NCBI GenBank assembly: GCA_015487975.1
Contig: WFOS01000076.1
Span: 11,091 to 75,090 of the forward strand
Length of the DNA stretch: 64,000 bases
Direction: 5' to 3'
Source: Ardenticatena sp.
GTDB lineage: Bacteria > Chloroflexota > Anaerolineae > Ardenticatenales > Ardenticatenaceae
A program made the translations under genes and the position numbers. Within the stretch, counting starts at the first letter, position 1. The number at the start of each line of letters is the position of its first letter. Of this stretch, positions 27,201-35,247 are shown piece by piece. The notes below the pieces were generated by a model. The model worked only from the letters and a program-made list of their open reading frames with translations. It did not search any database and was not told the origin of the DNA.

Positions 27201-28226
27201 CCACCCCCCGGGAATAGGGTCCGTTAGTCCCTGTGGCGTTGCGTAGTAAACGTTGCTCGCAATGTCGCTTCCAGCAATGTTGTACAATCGGCCTTCATAT
27301 GCCAATGCTGAACTCCCGAACACTTTTTCAGGGAGATTCGGGGTAAGACGCTTCCATTGGGAGATCGTACCATCCGCATTGGGCTGTGCGGCAAAAATAC
27401 ATGCTGATCCATCCAAAACACCCGGCTGTCCCCCGATCACATAAATCGTATCGCTCATGACAATAGCCGCTGTACGAGCACGCCCCGTCTCCCCATTTGT
27501 CAATTCGTCACACAACCCCTTAGTATCCGATATAGGAAGCGGAGTCGTCTCGGTGAAACTCCCCAATGAGCCATCAGTGACATCGATAGGCGCGAAGAAA
27601 ACCGTATCGGTCACGATATAATTCTGATCGATCCCACCAATTACATACAAATAATTGTTCCAAATAACCGATTGATGTCCATAGATTGCCACTGGCAATG
27701 AAACGGGAAGCGTTTCCCATATCCCAGGTTTGTCGGGCGTATCAGGCACATTGCTTGTAATAATCGTCGTATGATAAATCGCGGCAGATGGCACTTGATT
27801 GACTTCTCCGCCGATAACGTACAAATGCTCTACACCTTGTGCATCTTTGAAAATTTCCACCGTATGTGACTTGATGGCCGGTAATCCCTGCCCCATATCC
27901 GAATACCAATTACCCGCAAGCCCAATTGCCAACAAGGTAATCTCACCATTCCCATCTCCTACAGGTGCATCCCGCCGTGAGACGCCCGTCAAGTAACCAC
28001 GTCCCTCGAAAAAATCTTGTTCGGTGTCATCCTCGATGATTGCCAAGAGAGGTGTGGCTGCTGGCAAAGCCGATCGTCGAACCAGAGAAGAAGGCGAGGC
28101 ATTACGTGCATCGACAGGCGAAATCCACAAAATGGTCAAGAGCATCGAAACGCCTAAAACAAGCAAAACCCCCAAACTCATCAAGAAGAATGCCCCGCGA
28201 CGAGAAACTCGTAACAAGTGGAACAT
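24201..28226 (-). CDS. 1341-aa exported surface protein: six Kelch-like blades, four DUF11-type repeats and a C-terminal IPT/TIG domain
   Basis: Signal/TM segment 'FFLMSLGVLLVLGVSMLLTIL'. Repeated 'LYVIGG/IYVIGG/FLIIGG' Kelch blades. DUF11-like units 'ITYTIQYGN...', 'IQYTLEISNTSN...VIEDAVP', 'VLYRIVYTNTGN...VLTDTIP' and 'VTFTLAFTNTGD...VVTDRIP'. IPT-like 'NITISGANFATGASVWI'. The protein ends '...CDVYLPVIFR'. Confidence 0.85.
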   Translation of the reverse strand: MFHLLRVSRRGAFFLMSLGVLLVLGVSMLLTILWISPVDARNASPSSLVRRSALPAATPLLAIIEDDTEQDFFEGRGYLTGVSRRDAPVGDGNGEITLLAIGLAGNWYSDMGQGLPAIKSHTVEIFKDAQGVEHLYVIGGEVNQVPSAAIYHTTIITSNVPDTPDKPGIWETLPVSLPVAIYGHQSVIWNNYLYVIGGIDQNYIVTDTVFFAPIDVTDGSLGSFTETTPLPISDTKGLCDELTNGETGRARTAAIVMSDTIYVIGGQPGVLDGSACIFAAQPNADGTISQWKRLTPNLPEKVFGSSALAYEGRLYNIAGSDIASNVYYATPQGLTDPIPGGWNTTQPLPEQRRHAAAVEYNGQFLIIGGASGSNLNQASDKVTTGIVRPDGGIDFWFETKALTLTRFLHDAVISSRGWIYVIGGASEGIASPGTNVVDYGSMSGAASQYAPYGEFVSRPIVLFSNRTLRELRWTTFISPTLDLNTTPVTVTIEYRVADGSLSNLQKAPWIGPFHSTYTQTLRQPDGIYTDSIQLPLGTSGQFVQYRIRMGTAFTKTTPSVQRVQLVYEVPPPDLWVSKASLNTGFIARGSLITYTIQYGNRATAADSVATNAVLTETFPSYVDFVNASHPFAFAGVTQTGDRMYTANLGRVEPGVTNTITVTLRVTDVLTALPLQEARPVITNTVEIDYPGPDVDPGNNRSQVLNDLEVVRFDFTKANSPQGLVVPGQEIQYTLEISNTSNIPARNVVIEDAVPTNTLYVVGSETHPANFTFEYDTNQTPPVLRWLVPEIAPHSGGTLTFKVQVNTDVEAFSGDDIFNSATISSTDSLPAFSNAVFNTITTTVQLDIRKEAIPAVAKAGDEVLYRIVYTNTGNVDLSDVVLTDTIPLHTTYLTDSISGPGADASNLPELRWVVGSVPIGQSGELSFRVRVDRPLPAGTTAITNTAQARTLSARDLMSNEALLTLTSRPVLHISKRAQPSSGVLPNDVVTFTLAFTNTGDMDATGIVVTDRIPANTTLLQSNGAVVVGDVLSWTWPTDLVGLGGSGVVSYTVRVDSVDAGGIANTEYGVKDASGHAAMGEPIFVPVAGDFWASGLAATRTVLRTSEPVVITFEARMTGMPSVDQLPDPETWGIWADLYVRSQPNPPSRMELSDVGTYWYVNGASLQQNGRVTLSSDDSMGTPYTSFATPGTYYVYAQVNTDDGDGGTGNGWPIPEWPETNNLIGPLVITVTDAIAPSPEVVSVSPVRVMPQDDQNITISGANFATGASVWIQKENARIDGVVTSLSSSQIEATFDLLGQLNGAWDVYVRNPDGGTGVLPDGLIVERIVCPPNCDVYLPVIFR

Positions 28227-28287
28227 GGGAGACTCCTTCCTCGATTATGATACACATAGACCATGTCCAAACGGAGCGACATGCAAG

Positions 28288-28308
28288 AGGGGGGCATCAA
28301 GCCCCCCT
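28288..28308 (-). other. GC hairpin between the TadG-vWA gene and the giant protein gene
   Basis: 'aggggggc atcaa gcccccct' forms an 8-bp stem. The U-tract on the minus strand is weak, so it may be a processing or attenuation element rather than a full terminator. Confidence 0.3.
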
Positions 28309-28330
28309 TTCTACGCTAGCACGTCGAACA

Positions 28331-30580
28331 CTACGGACACCACGTCGGGCGGGCAGCACCATCGCACGTGCTCAGGTACAAGACTTCCACTTGTGTAACT
28401 CCCGTCCCTTGCCCAACGCTGACTTCGACATAGCCACCACGCGGATTGTCCGGGTTACGTGGTGGGCCACCATTCCCATACGTCAGGATATCATACACTA
28501 AGCCATTGCGATTGACACGTGCCGTGAGCCGATATGTCCCTGGTGCCACATCCGTGAACTGATAAGCACCAGCATTGTTGGCTGTCGTCGTTTGCACCAC
28601 AGCACCACTGGTCGTACGCAATTCGATCGTTGCACCAGCTCCCAACGTTTCCTTCGTGTAATACGTCCCCTCTTTACCAATCTGCTGGACGCGATTCCCA
28701 ATAAGTTGGTAGATATTCGCCAAGTCGGAAGCATTACGCGCGACGTAGAAGTGGCGTTCATAATCATCGATGCGCCCATTGCCATCGTAATCGACATCTG
28801 GTGAGGCAATCGCTTCGGTCACCGCAGTATTGAACCCATCACCAATTGCAATCGAGAAGACAATGATCCCTGCTTCTTTCGCCAAATTTGCTTGGTCGAT
28901 CGTCTGTTGTTCAGCCTGGTTATTGCAAGCAGGTGTATTCTGCCCTTGACCAGCAGCACCACCAAAGCCTGTCCACTTTCCGTCAAGCGTAACGTTTACA
29001 ATGCCATCCGATGCGATAATCAAGACCGGAACGGCACCGGGCCGTAAATCAGCCAACAACTGCTCGCGGGCTGTTTGGATGGCATGCGCCAATGACGTCG
29101 CACTATTCGCATTGAGACTCCGAATAATACTATTGACATATGCGACATTGTCCGTGAGAGGCGAACGCACCTCCGAATACAAACGGGTACGCAACCTGTA
29201 ATTGTCACATACTGTGCGATATTGTGAGCCACTCGAAACCGTCGGGAACGTCGTCAACCCAACCCTGTCACCTTCAACAGTATTCAACGTATTATTGAAA
29301 GTGATCAGCGCGTCTTTGGCAGATTGCAGTTTCGACGAACCGCCCGACCATGACGCCCTCATCGACCCCGAAATATCCAGTACCAACATCACATCCACGG
29401 GGATCTTTTGCTCAGTCGTTCCTTCCGTGTAGAAGATTTCGTTCAAGTGGACTGTACCAGCAATCACACGCCCTAGGTCGGCAGGTGGTTCATCATAGAG
29501 CTTGACGGTTTGCGTCAGATAGCACCCACCACCTGGCGGTGCTGTGGTATCAACATAGCGTTCAAAGACACCTTCGATCCACTTGTTCCGTCCACGTGCC
29601 TTGTAATCCGTCAAGCGGAAGCGGGCAAAGCCCACAATGTGATACCGCAGATTGTTACCACGCCCCGTCGTATAGTCGTAAATCGGCACCACAACCGAGG
29701 GATCATGCTGAATGGTTACACCATCATGCGAATGGGTCGCCCCCGAAATATACGCATCCAGCTCGTTCCGTACGCTACGACTTTTCATCACACCAGTCGC
29801 ACCTGGCAGCATGTCCCCCACACGCCACGTCCCGCTGCGGCGGGTGTCATGCATGTTGGAAACAAGCGTTGTGTTGCTGGGATCGTTGTTCCACGAGACC
29901 CAACCGAAGTTTCCATACGAGGAATTGTTGCCTTTTTCCCAGATACGGTAGGTTGCCCCCTCGATCGGCTTGCCCCCGGGATCATCCTGGAACAACGCAG
30001 CACTCACCGCTATAGGAAAGAGGTTACTTGCACTGGCTGGGCACCAATTCGGGTTGGCTTGTGCAAAAGCATCGGCAGATGTTTCCATCTCGTCGAAGCC
30101 AATAACACGCGCGAAGAATGTTTGGAAATCCAGCGTCGAGCGGACTTCGATACCACTGACCTCATACGAAGGCGGAATCCCACCATTGTTGGGCAGTGGC
30201 ACCCCCACGCGTTCTCCACCTGGCCCAATGAAGTATGCCTCGATGTTCGTATTGATATCGTCATTGGGATTGCCATTGCTATCTGGAATACCATTGGCTT
30301 GCGCAACGCGTATAATGGTCTGCCAAATACGTCTCTCATCCTGTACTGTCCCCGCATAGCGGCCACTATTTGGGTCAACAGCAACGCGTGCCAGTTCGGC
30401 ACCACCGGCCAGCGTTGCCGCATCGACAGCATTTTGCACACGCTGGCGTTGCACATACGCATTCCCAGCGTCGGTTACCAACGCCAGGAGCGCCATCAGG
30501 GCAACCAGAGCGCCACCGATAATGACAAGCGACTGCCCGGCCTCCCGATGCAATGAACGGAAAATCTTCGTTCCTCTCAT
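28331..30580 (-). CDS. TadG/TadE-like N-terminal domain fused to a von Willebrand A domain and a C-terminal Ig-like (CarboxypepD_reg/SdrD-B-like) domain
   Basis: N-terminal 'GQSLVIIGGALVALMALLALVTDAGNAYVQRQRVQNAVDAATLAG' (Tad N-terminal type). vWA MIDAS 'VMLVLDISGSM' and 'IIASDG'. C-terminal 'NAGAYQFTDVAPGTYRLTA'. Confidence 0.85.
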   Translation of the reverse strand: MRGTKIFRSLHREAGQSLVIIGGALVALMALLALVTDAGNAYVQRQRVQNAVDAATLAGGAELARVAVDPNSGRYAGTVQDERRIWQTIIRVAQANGIPDSNGNPNDDINTNIEAYFIGPGGERVGVPLPNNGGIPPSYEVSGIEVRSTLDFQTFFARVIGFDEMETSADAFAQANPNWCPASASNLFPIAVSAALFQDDPGGKPIEGATYRIWEKGNNSSYGNFGWVSWNNDPSNTTLVSNMHDTRRSGTWRVGDMLPGATGVMKSRSVRNELDAYISGATHSHDGVTIQHDPSVVVPIYDYTTGRGNNLRYHIVGFARFRLTDYKARGRNKWIEGVFERYVDTTAPPGGGCYLTQTVKLYDEPPADLGRVIAGTVHLNEIFYTEGTTEQKIPVDVMLVLDISGSMRASWSGGSSKLQSAKDALITFNNTLNTVEGDRVGLTTFPTVSSGSQYRTVCDNYRLRTRLYSEVRSPLTDNVAYVNSIIRSLNANSATSLAHAIQTAREQLLADLRPGAVPVLIIASDGIVNVTLDGKWTGFGGAAGQGQNTPACNNQAEQQTIDQANLAKEAGIIVFSIAIGDGFNTAVTEAIASPDVDYDGNGRIDDYERHFYVARNASDLANIYQLIGNRVQQIGKEGTYYTKETLGAGATIELRTTSGAVVQTTTANNAGAYQFTDVAPGTYRLTARVNRNGLVYDILTYGNGGPPRNPDNPRGGYVEVSVGQGTGVTQVEVLYLSTCDGAARPTWCP

Positions 30581-30609
30581 AAGCCTACCTCACGCACTCT
30601 TCATGGGGT

Positions 30610-31029
30610 TCAATAGAATCCAATGGACGTTACTTCCATTGAAAATGGTCGAGAAATTGTAATACTATTATCTGTGAGCAACAAAGGAATACGAATCGTT
30701 GGTAAGTTGAATGTGTAATACGATGTAATCGTAATCTGATCACCTGTGCGATCCAAGACTACAGATGGTGTCCCAATAAGCCCCACAAAGTTCGGTTTGA
30801 CGGCATTATCGATGATCTCTTGATTGGTCGCCGTCGGGTGGCGTGTTGCGTAACTCACACCCTCTGTGGTCGCATGATACATCACAATCCAGGCGTAAAA
30901 GGCATAGGACATCGCTACAAAACCGATCAGCGTCCCTACCAGCAACGGCAAAGAAAGGGCAAACTCGCTCAACGATTGCCCTTGCTCCCGCTTCTGCTTC
31001 CACCGGTACCGTCGCAACATACTTACCAT
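30610..31029 (-). CDS. TadE-like pseudopilin
   Basis: 'EQGQSLSEFALSLPLLVGTLIGFVAM' is a TadE N-terminal motif. 139 aa. Confidence 0.8.
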   Translation of the reverse strand: MVSMLRRYRWKQKREQGQSLSEFALSLPLLVGTLIGFVAMSYAFYAWIVMYHATTEGVSYATRHPTATNQEIIDNAVKPNFVGLIGTPSVVLDRTGDQITITSYYTFNLPTIRIPLLLTDNSITISRPFSMEVTSIGFY

Positions 31030-31538
31030 ATCGTCTCTACCGTCATACTATATCGAATTTGATACTCACTTGGCAGCCCAAAACGTCCAACGATAGGAAA
31101 ATTCAGTGTGCTGGTAAACAAATCATTCAAGGAATATGTAACACTTACAAAAATTTCATATCGTCCATTGCCAATATCTGTATAGACAGGGTCTGAAATA
31201 ACCAGACGCGCCGGATCGAGCCCCTTTGTTTGCGCCGATTCAACAATGCGCCGACAAAATTCATACAACGTTGGTGTCTGACTCTGGCTGAGATCTGGAT
31301 CCTGGCAATTCGAGCGCCCCAGTTCGTTCAACATCGCCGGTTTGTCGATGAGATACAACGCACCATGCCGTGTCGATGACACCAGTGTCAAATACGTGGT
31401 AAACACCCGCGCCATTTCAAAGATAGCGACCAACATCACCAGCAGAAAGATGAGCGTGAGCGACATCTCCACAAGGCTTTGCCCATGCTCTCGCGCATAT
31501 ATCCATCTTTTCGACTTCAGTATGTGTTCACGCACCAT
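31023..31538 (-). CDS. TadE-like pseudopilin
   Basis: 'EHGQSLVEMSLTLIFLLVMLVAIFEMARVF'. ORF start GTG 31571 was rejected because it lies inside the -10 of the promoter below. ATG 31538 is used instead. Confidence 0.75.
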   Translation of the reverse strand: MVREHILKSKRWIYAREHGQSLVEMSLTLIFLLVMLVAIFEMARVFTTYLTLVSSTRHGALYLIDKPAMLNELGRSNCQDPDLSQSQTPTLYEFCRRIVESAQTKGLDPARLVISDPVYTDIGNGRYEIFVSVTYSLNDLFTSTLNFPIVGRFGLPSEYQIRYSMTVETIW

Positions 31539-31571
31539 AGTCTCACTACTGTTGTATCGTTTTCTTACCAC

Positions 31572-31600
31572 ATTCTAACAGGGAAAGAGAAGAGATGCAA
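31572..31600 (-). promoter_or_regulatory. Candidate sigma-70 promoter of the tad gene block
   Basis: The minus strand reads TTGCAT-N17-TAGAAT, about 30 nt upstream of ATG 31538. Confidence 0.55.
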
Positions 31601-31725
31601 TAGGTATTGTGTGCATCCTTGCAGGCAAAAATCTGGGACTTTCGTTAGTCGCGTGGGATGACTTTTGCACGCTATACGCCCACTGTACAGCAAAAAGGTT
31701 ACGGCTTATATTACAAGCGAGCGCA

Positions 31726-32547
31726 TTACATGCCAAATCGGCGGCGCAAGATGAAGGCCCCAACCAATGAAAGCCCAAACAATGCTGCGACAAGGAGCCA
31801 GAGGTCTGCAAATGTGCTGGCGTCATCGCCAGTTGCGGGAAGAACCCCTTGCACCTGTGGGGTGAGTGTGGGCTGAGGGGTAGGCGTTGTGGTAGGCATG
31901 CCTGTTTGGCCAAGTACGAGACGCAAAGAAACGACTTCACCCGGTGCACCTGTGGTTTCAAGTGCTGCTCGTGCCAAGACCTGCCCCTCGACCAATGCTT
32001 CGATGACGGCTTGTCCAGCCCCAAGATTATCGAAGTAGAAGAAGCCATTTGAATCAGTCAGCCATTCCGCCTGCCACCCTCCGCCACGCAAACGCACCAG
32101 CACACCTGGCCAGCCAGCACCCTGAGCATCTACGACAAACCCCTCGACACGCGAAAAGCAACACTGTGAATTCGGGCCCACAGTACCGTTGGTGTCCCCA
32201 GCGTCAGCCCGAGTTGGGGTTGGCGTGGACAAAGGATGGCTTGTCTGAGTAGGTTGCGGTACGGAAGTGGATGTGGCTGTTGGCGTATTCGCCGGAACCG
32301 TCGATGTTGGTGGGACTGGGGTGGGCGTGAATGTTGGTGTGGGCGTGACGTCTGGTGCTGTTGTGGTTGGTTCCGGCGTTGGTGTCGCCGTTGCCGTTGG
32401 CGGAACGGGCGTTGCCGTAGAAGTTGGCGTCGGCGTTGGCGTTGCACGCTGTTGCAATGGCGACGCCGCATATCCCACCGCAGGAAATACGCCAAAGAAA
32501 ACAAGAACAAGGACCAGGTCCATGCGCTTGATGAGAATACTCATCAT
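31726..32547 (-). CDS. Exported Pro/Thr-rich protein with a CarboxypepD_reg-like domain and a C-terminal LPXTG-type sortase signal
   Basis: Signal peptide 'MDLVLVLVFFGVFPAVGYA'. Long P/T-rich linker. 'VEGFVVDAQGAGWPGVLVRL...TDSNGFFYFDNLGAG'. The C-terminus 'LPATGDD...LWLLVAALFGLSLVGAFILRRRFGM' gives LPATG, a TM segment and a basic tail. Start ATG 32547 has an AAGGAG RBS. Confidence 0.8.
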   Translation of the reverse strand: MMSILIKRMDLVLVLVFFGVFPAVGYAASPLQQRATPTPTPTSTATPVPPTATATPTPEPTTTAPDVTPTPTFTPTPVPPTSTVPANTPTATSTSVPQPTQTSHPLSTPTPTRADAGDTNGTVGPNSQCCFSRVEGFVVDAQGAGWPGVLVRLRGGGWQAEWLTDSNGFFYFDNLGAGQAVIEALVEGQVLARAALETTGAPGEVVSLRLVLGQTGMPTTTPTPQPTLTPQVQGVLPATGDDASTFADLWLLVAALFGLSLVGAFILRRRFGM

Positions 32548-32560
32548 CCCATTGCTCCTT

Positions 32561-33688
32561 TTACGATGCAGATGGCAAACGTGGTGATGCGTTTTCGGTT
32601 GGTGCCAGCGCGGGCATACGAACCTGGACCCGTGTCCCTCGGCCGGCAGCACTATCCACCTGCATTTTACCTTGCAACATTTCAATGCGCTCTTGCAGAG
32701 TTGTCAAGCCGATGCGCTTCTGTTGGGCTGATGTGCGCAAAACAGCACCAACATCAAACCCCACACCGTCATCTTCGACCGTCAGAACGATTTCATCGCC
32801 TTGGCGGTCGAGCGTGACGAGCACGTTGCTGGCATTGGCATGGCGCTCGACATTGCGCAACAATTCCTGCAATGTGCGGAAAAGCGTAATCTCGATCGTT
32901 GGATCGAAGCGCTGATCGTCACCCAACACCTGCAATCGGATGGTAAAAGGGACTTTGTTCTGCAAAGCCTCTACATAACGCTTCACAGTGGGAACCAGCC
33001 CCAAATCGTCCAGCATCATGGGGCGCAAATCGAAGATAAAGTCGCGGATCTGTTGGAATGTGGTATTGACCGCATTTTTGAGATTGTTCAATTCAACACG
33101 TGCCCGCTCAGCGTCCATATCGAAGAGCCGCTGACAGACTTCGGCTTGCAAAATCAGGTTCGTCAGTGATTGTGCCGGGCCATCATGCATCTGGCGTGCC
33201 AAATTGAGGCGCTCACTTTCCTGCGCTTCGATCAGCTGGACCACCATTGCCATACTGTCGAGCGGCACAACCTCACCCTCTTCATCACCCAAACGCAGGG
33301 CTGATGTTCCTGGCGCCGTTTCAGTTGCTTCGGCAAACGCCACCACTCGCTGCAACATTTCTGCGTAACGTTCAAGGATGCGTTGCTTATTTTGCAACTG
33401 CTCGATCTGGCTTCGCATCATGAACAAGCGCATCTGCATTTCATGTGCCGCCGTATAGAGCGCCTTGATATCTTCGCGCGGCACTGTATCGAAGTTCATT
33501 TCCATCTGGCGTACACGATTTTGCGCCTGCAAATTGCGCTGCGCCAGCCGCTCAACCTCGGCGGTACTCTGCCGAATCAGCACATCCAGCTCGCGTAATT
33601 CCCCTTGAATGCGCTCCAACTCCTGCGAGGCATCCTCATGCAATTCGTGCAGTTTTCGCAAAAAACCCGTTGACTGTTGCATACTCAC
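32561..33688 (-). CDS. Cytoplasmic DegS-like sensor histidine kinase (HisKA_3 + HATPase_c)
   Basis: Coiled-coil N-terminus. H-box 'LARQMHDGPAQSLTNL', N-box 'LLRNVERHANA', G1 'VEDDGVGFD' and G2 'GLTTLQERIEMLQG'. Confidence 0.9.
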   Translation of the reverse strand: MSMQQSTGFLRKLHELHEDASQELERIQGELRELDVLIRQSTAEVERLAQRNLQAQNRVRQMEMNFDTVPREDIKALYTAAHEMQMRLFMMRSQIEQLQNKQRILERYAEMLQRVVAFAEATETAPGTSALRLGDEEGEVVPLDSMAMVVQLIEAQESERLNLARQMHDGPAQSLTNLILQAEVCQRLFDMDAERARVELNNLKNAVNTTFQQIRDFIFDLRPMMLDDLGLVPTVKRYVEALQNKVPFTIRLQVLGDDQRFDPTIEITLFRTLQELLRNVERHANASNVLVTLDRQGDEIVLTVEDDGVGFDVGAVLRTSAQQKRIGLTTLQERIEMLQGKMQVDSAAGRGTRVQVRMPALAPTENASPRLPSAS

Positions 33689-34401
33689 CTTTCATCCTCG
33701 TCGTCGATTTCGTCCAACCGAATCCAGCCGTGCCGCAATGCGTAGACAGCCGCTTGTGTACGGTCGTTCACCTGCAACTTGCGGAGAATCGATGTCATAT
33801 GATTCTTGACGGTCTGCCGGCTAATCCCCAAATGATAGGCCACTTCTTTGTTCGAATACCCTTTGGTGATGAGTGTCAAAATTTCCATTTCACGTGGCGA
33901 CAACGGCACAAAAGCATCTTCATCGGCCGTGCCGTAAAGCGCCATTTCCTCGAACTGCTTCAACAACCAGGCGGCCATCTGTTGTTCGCTCATGACCTGG
34001 TTGTTGACAACGTACTTCCCCTCATAGACGTTATGAATGGCATCCAACAATGTTTCCGGATCGACATCTTTTGGGAAGTAGGCAGATGCACCAGCACGAA
34101 TGGCATGAAACAATTGTTCTTTATCGTGATACGCGGTGAGGATGATCATGTAGATGCCGCTATTTTGCATCGTCACTTCACGTGTGATACGCAATCCGTT
34201 CTTGCCAGGCAAGTTGATATCCATGAGGACGATGTGCGGTGCAAGCTCCAGAATCCGCTCAACAGCATCCTCACCACTCGACAGCTCGGCCACTACCTCT
34301 ATTTGCGGGTCGATTTCCAGCGTGTTCCGAAGCCCGCGCCGAAAGAGCGGGTGATCATCACACAGGACGACACGAATCCGCCCTTGCTGTGCCATTTCCA
34401 C
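33685..34401 (-). CDS. NarL/LuxR-family response regulator
   Basis: 'IRVVLCDDHPLFRRG...HIVLMDINLPGKNG' (REC) and 'LSPREMEILTLITKGYSNKEVAYHLGISRQTVKNHMTSILRKL' (LuxR HTH). The stop overlaps the kinase start (ATGA). Confidence 0.92.
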   Translation of the reverse strand: MEMAQQGRIRVVLCDDHPLFRRGLRNTLEIDPQIEVVAELSSGEDAVERILELAPHIVLMDINLPGKNGLRITREVTMQNSGIYMIILTAYHDKEQLFHAIRAGASAYFPKDVDPETLLDAIHNVYEGKYVVNNQVMSEQQMAAWLLKQFEEMALYGTADEDAFVPLSPREMEILTLITKGYSNKEVAYHLGISRQTVKNHMTSILRKLQVNDRTQAAVYALRHGWIRLDEIDDEDER

Positions 34402-34413
34402 GAGAGCCTCCCT

Positions 34414-35187
34414 TCAACCCTCCTCACGGGGCATCGTTGGAACCTGCACCAACACTCGTGTTCCACGAGGGGTGCCATTCTCGATCTGCATGGTTCCCCC
34501 AAGCAAGCGCACCCGCTCCCACGCACTCAACAATGCCAGTGCCCGCATGTTCGGTTCGGTATCAAAGTCGAGCGTCAAGGCCATCGGTTCGCCATCATCC
34601 TCGAACGTCATATACACGTCCGAACGTTTTTCGTGCAATCGAATCTGCAAGGACGAGGCATCGGCCCAATACAGGACTGCAAAGACGATCTCCTGCACAA
34701 TACGGAACGCGACAACCTCAAACAAAGCCGAATACCGACGCGGCGGTAAGGTGTTTTCCCAGGCAATCTCAACGTCTGTCTGTCCAGCGACGGTTTCCTG
34801 GAACGATCGGAGCGCTGCATGAAGCCCCAGTTCGAAAAGCATCCGTGGATACAAGCCATTGACGAGCGCCTGCACTGCATGCAATCCCTGACGGAGCTCA
34901 TCACGCAGCGCCTCAAGCCCGCTACGGGCAACGTCAGGAGCCGTGTCGAGCAGTTGCAAGCAAGCGTTGACTTCGAAGGTTGCGTTCGCCAGCAGCTGTC
35001 CAGGCCCATCACTCACAAAACGAGCCACCCGCAACGCGGTCTCTTCGGTCCACCACAACGCCCACCAGGCCCCTTGTGCCGGGGAATGGGCAAAGTGCTT
35101 CGCCCATTCTGCCGCCAGAGGATCTTGATCGGTCTCGTTCGAGTGCCAGTATACCATATCTCGCTCCTGAGCGTCAATGAAAAACAC
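34414..35187 (-). CDS. Histidine-kinase-like protein with a degenerate ATP-binding domain
   Basis: HisKA_3-like 'LRDELRQGLHAVQALVNGLYP'. HATPase-like C-terminus 'FEDDGEPM...WERVRLLGGTMQIENGTPRGTRVLVQVP'. The N-box Asn is not evident ('QEIVFAVLYWADAS'). Confidence 0.65.
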   Translation of the reverse strand: MFFIDAQERDMVYWHSNETDQDPLAAEWAKHFAHSPAQGAWWALWWTEETALRVARFVSDGPGQLLANATFEVNACLQLLDTAPDVARSGLEALRDELRQGLHAVQALVNGLYPRMLFELGLHAALRSFQETVAGQTDVEIAWENTLPPRRYSALFEVVAFRIVQEIVFAVLYWADASSLQIRLHEKRSDVYMTFEDDGEPMALTLDFDTEPNMRALALLSAWERVRLLGGTMQIENGTPRGTRVLVQVPTMPREEG

Positions 35188-35247
35188 CCCTGCATGACAC
35201 GTTCAAGCATGCCCTAATTCGACGCTCAGCGCAATACGACTTTATGG

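Noticed and set aside
23210-31725. A search for a hidden Flp pilin ORF (under 60 aa) in the tad-locus intergenic gaps: 31539-31725, 28227-28330, 24129-24200 and 23210-23300.
   Set aside because: Reading the coding strand of each gap gave no ATG/GTG-initiated ORF with a Flp-like hydrophobic N-terminus. The gaps contain a promoter, RBSs and a hairpin instead. Absence of a pilin in the window is reported as a finding, not a feature.
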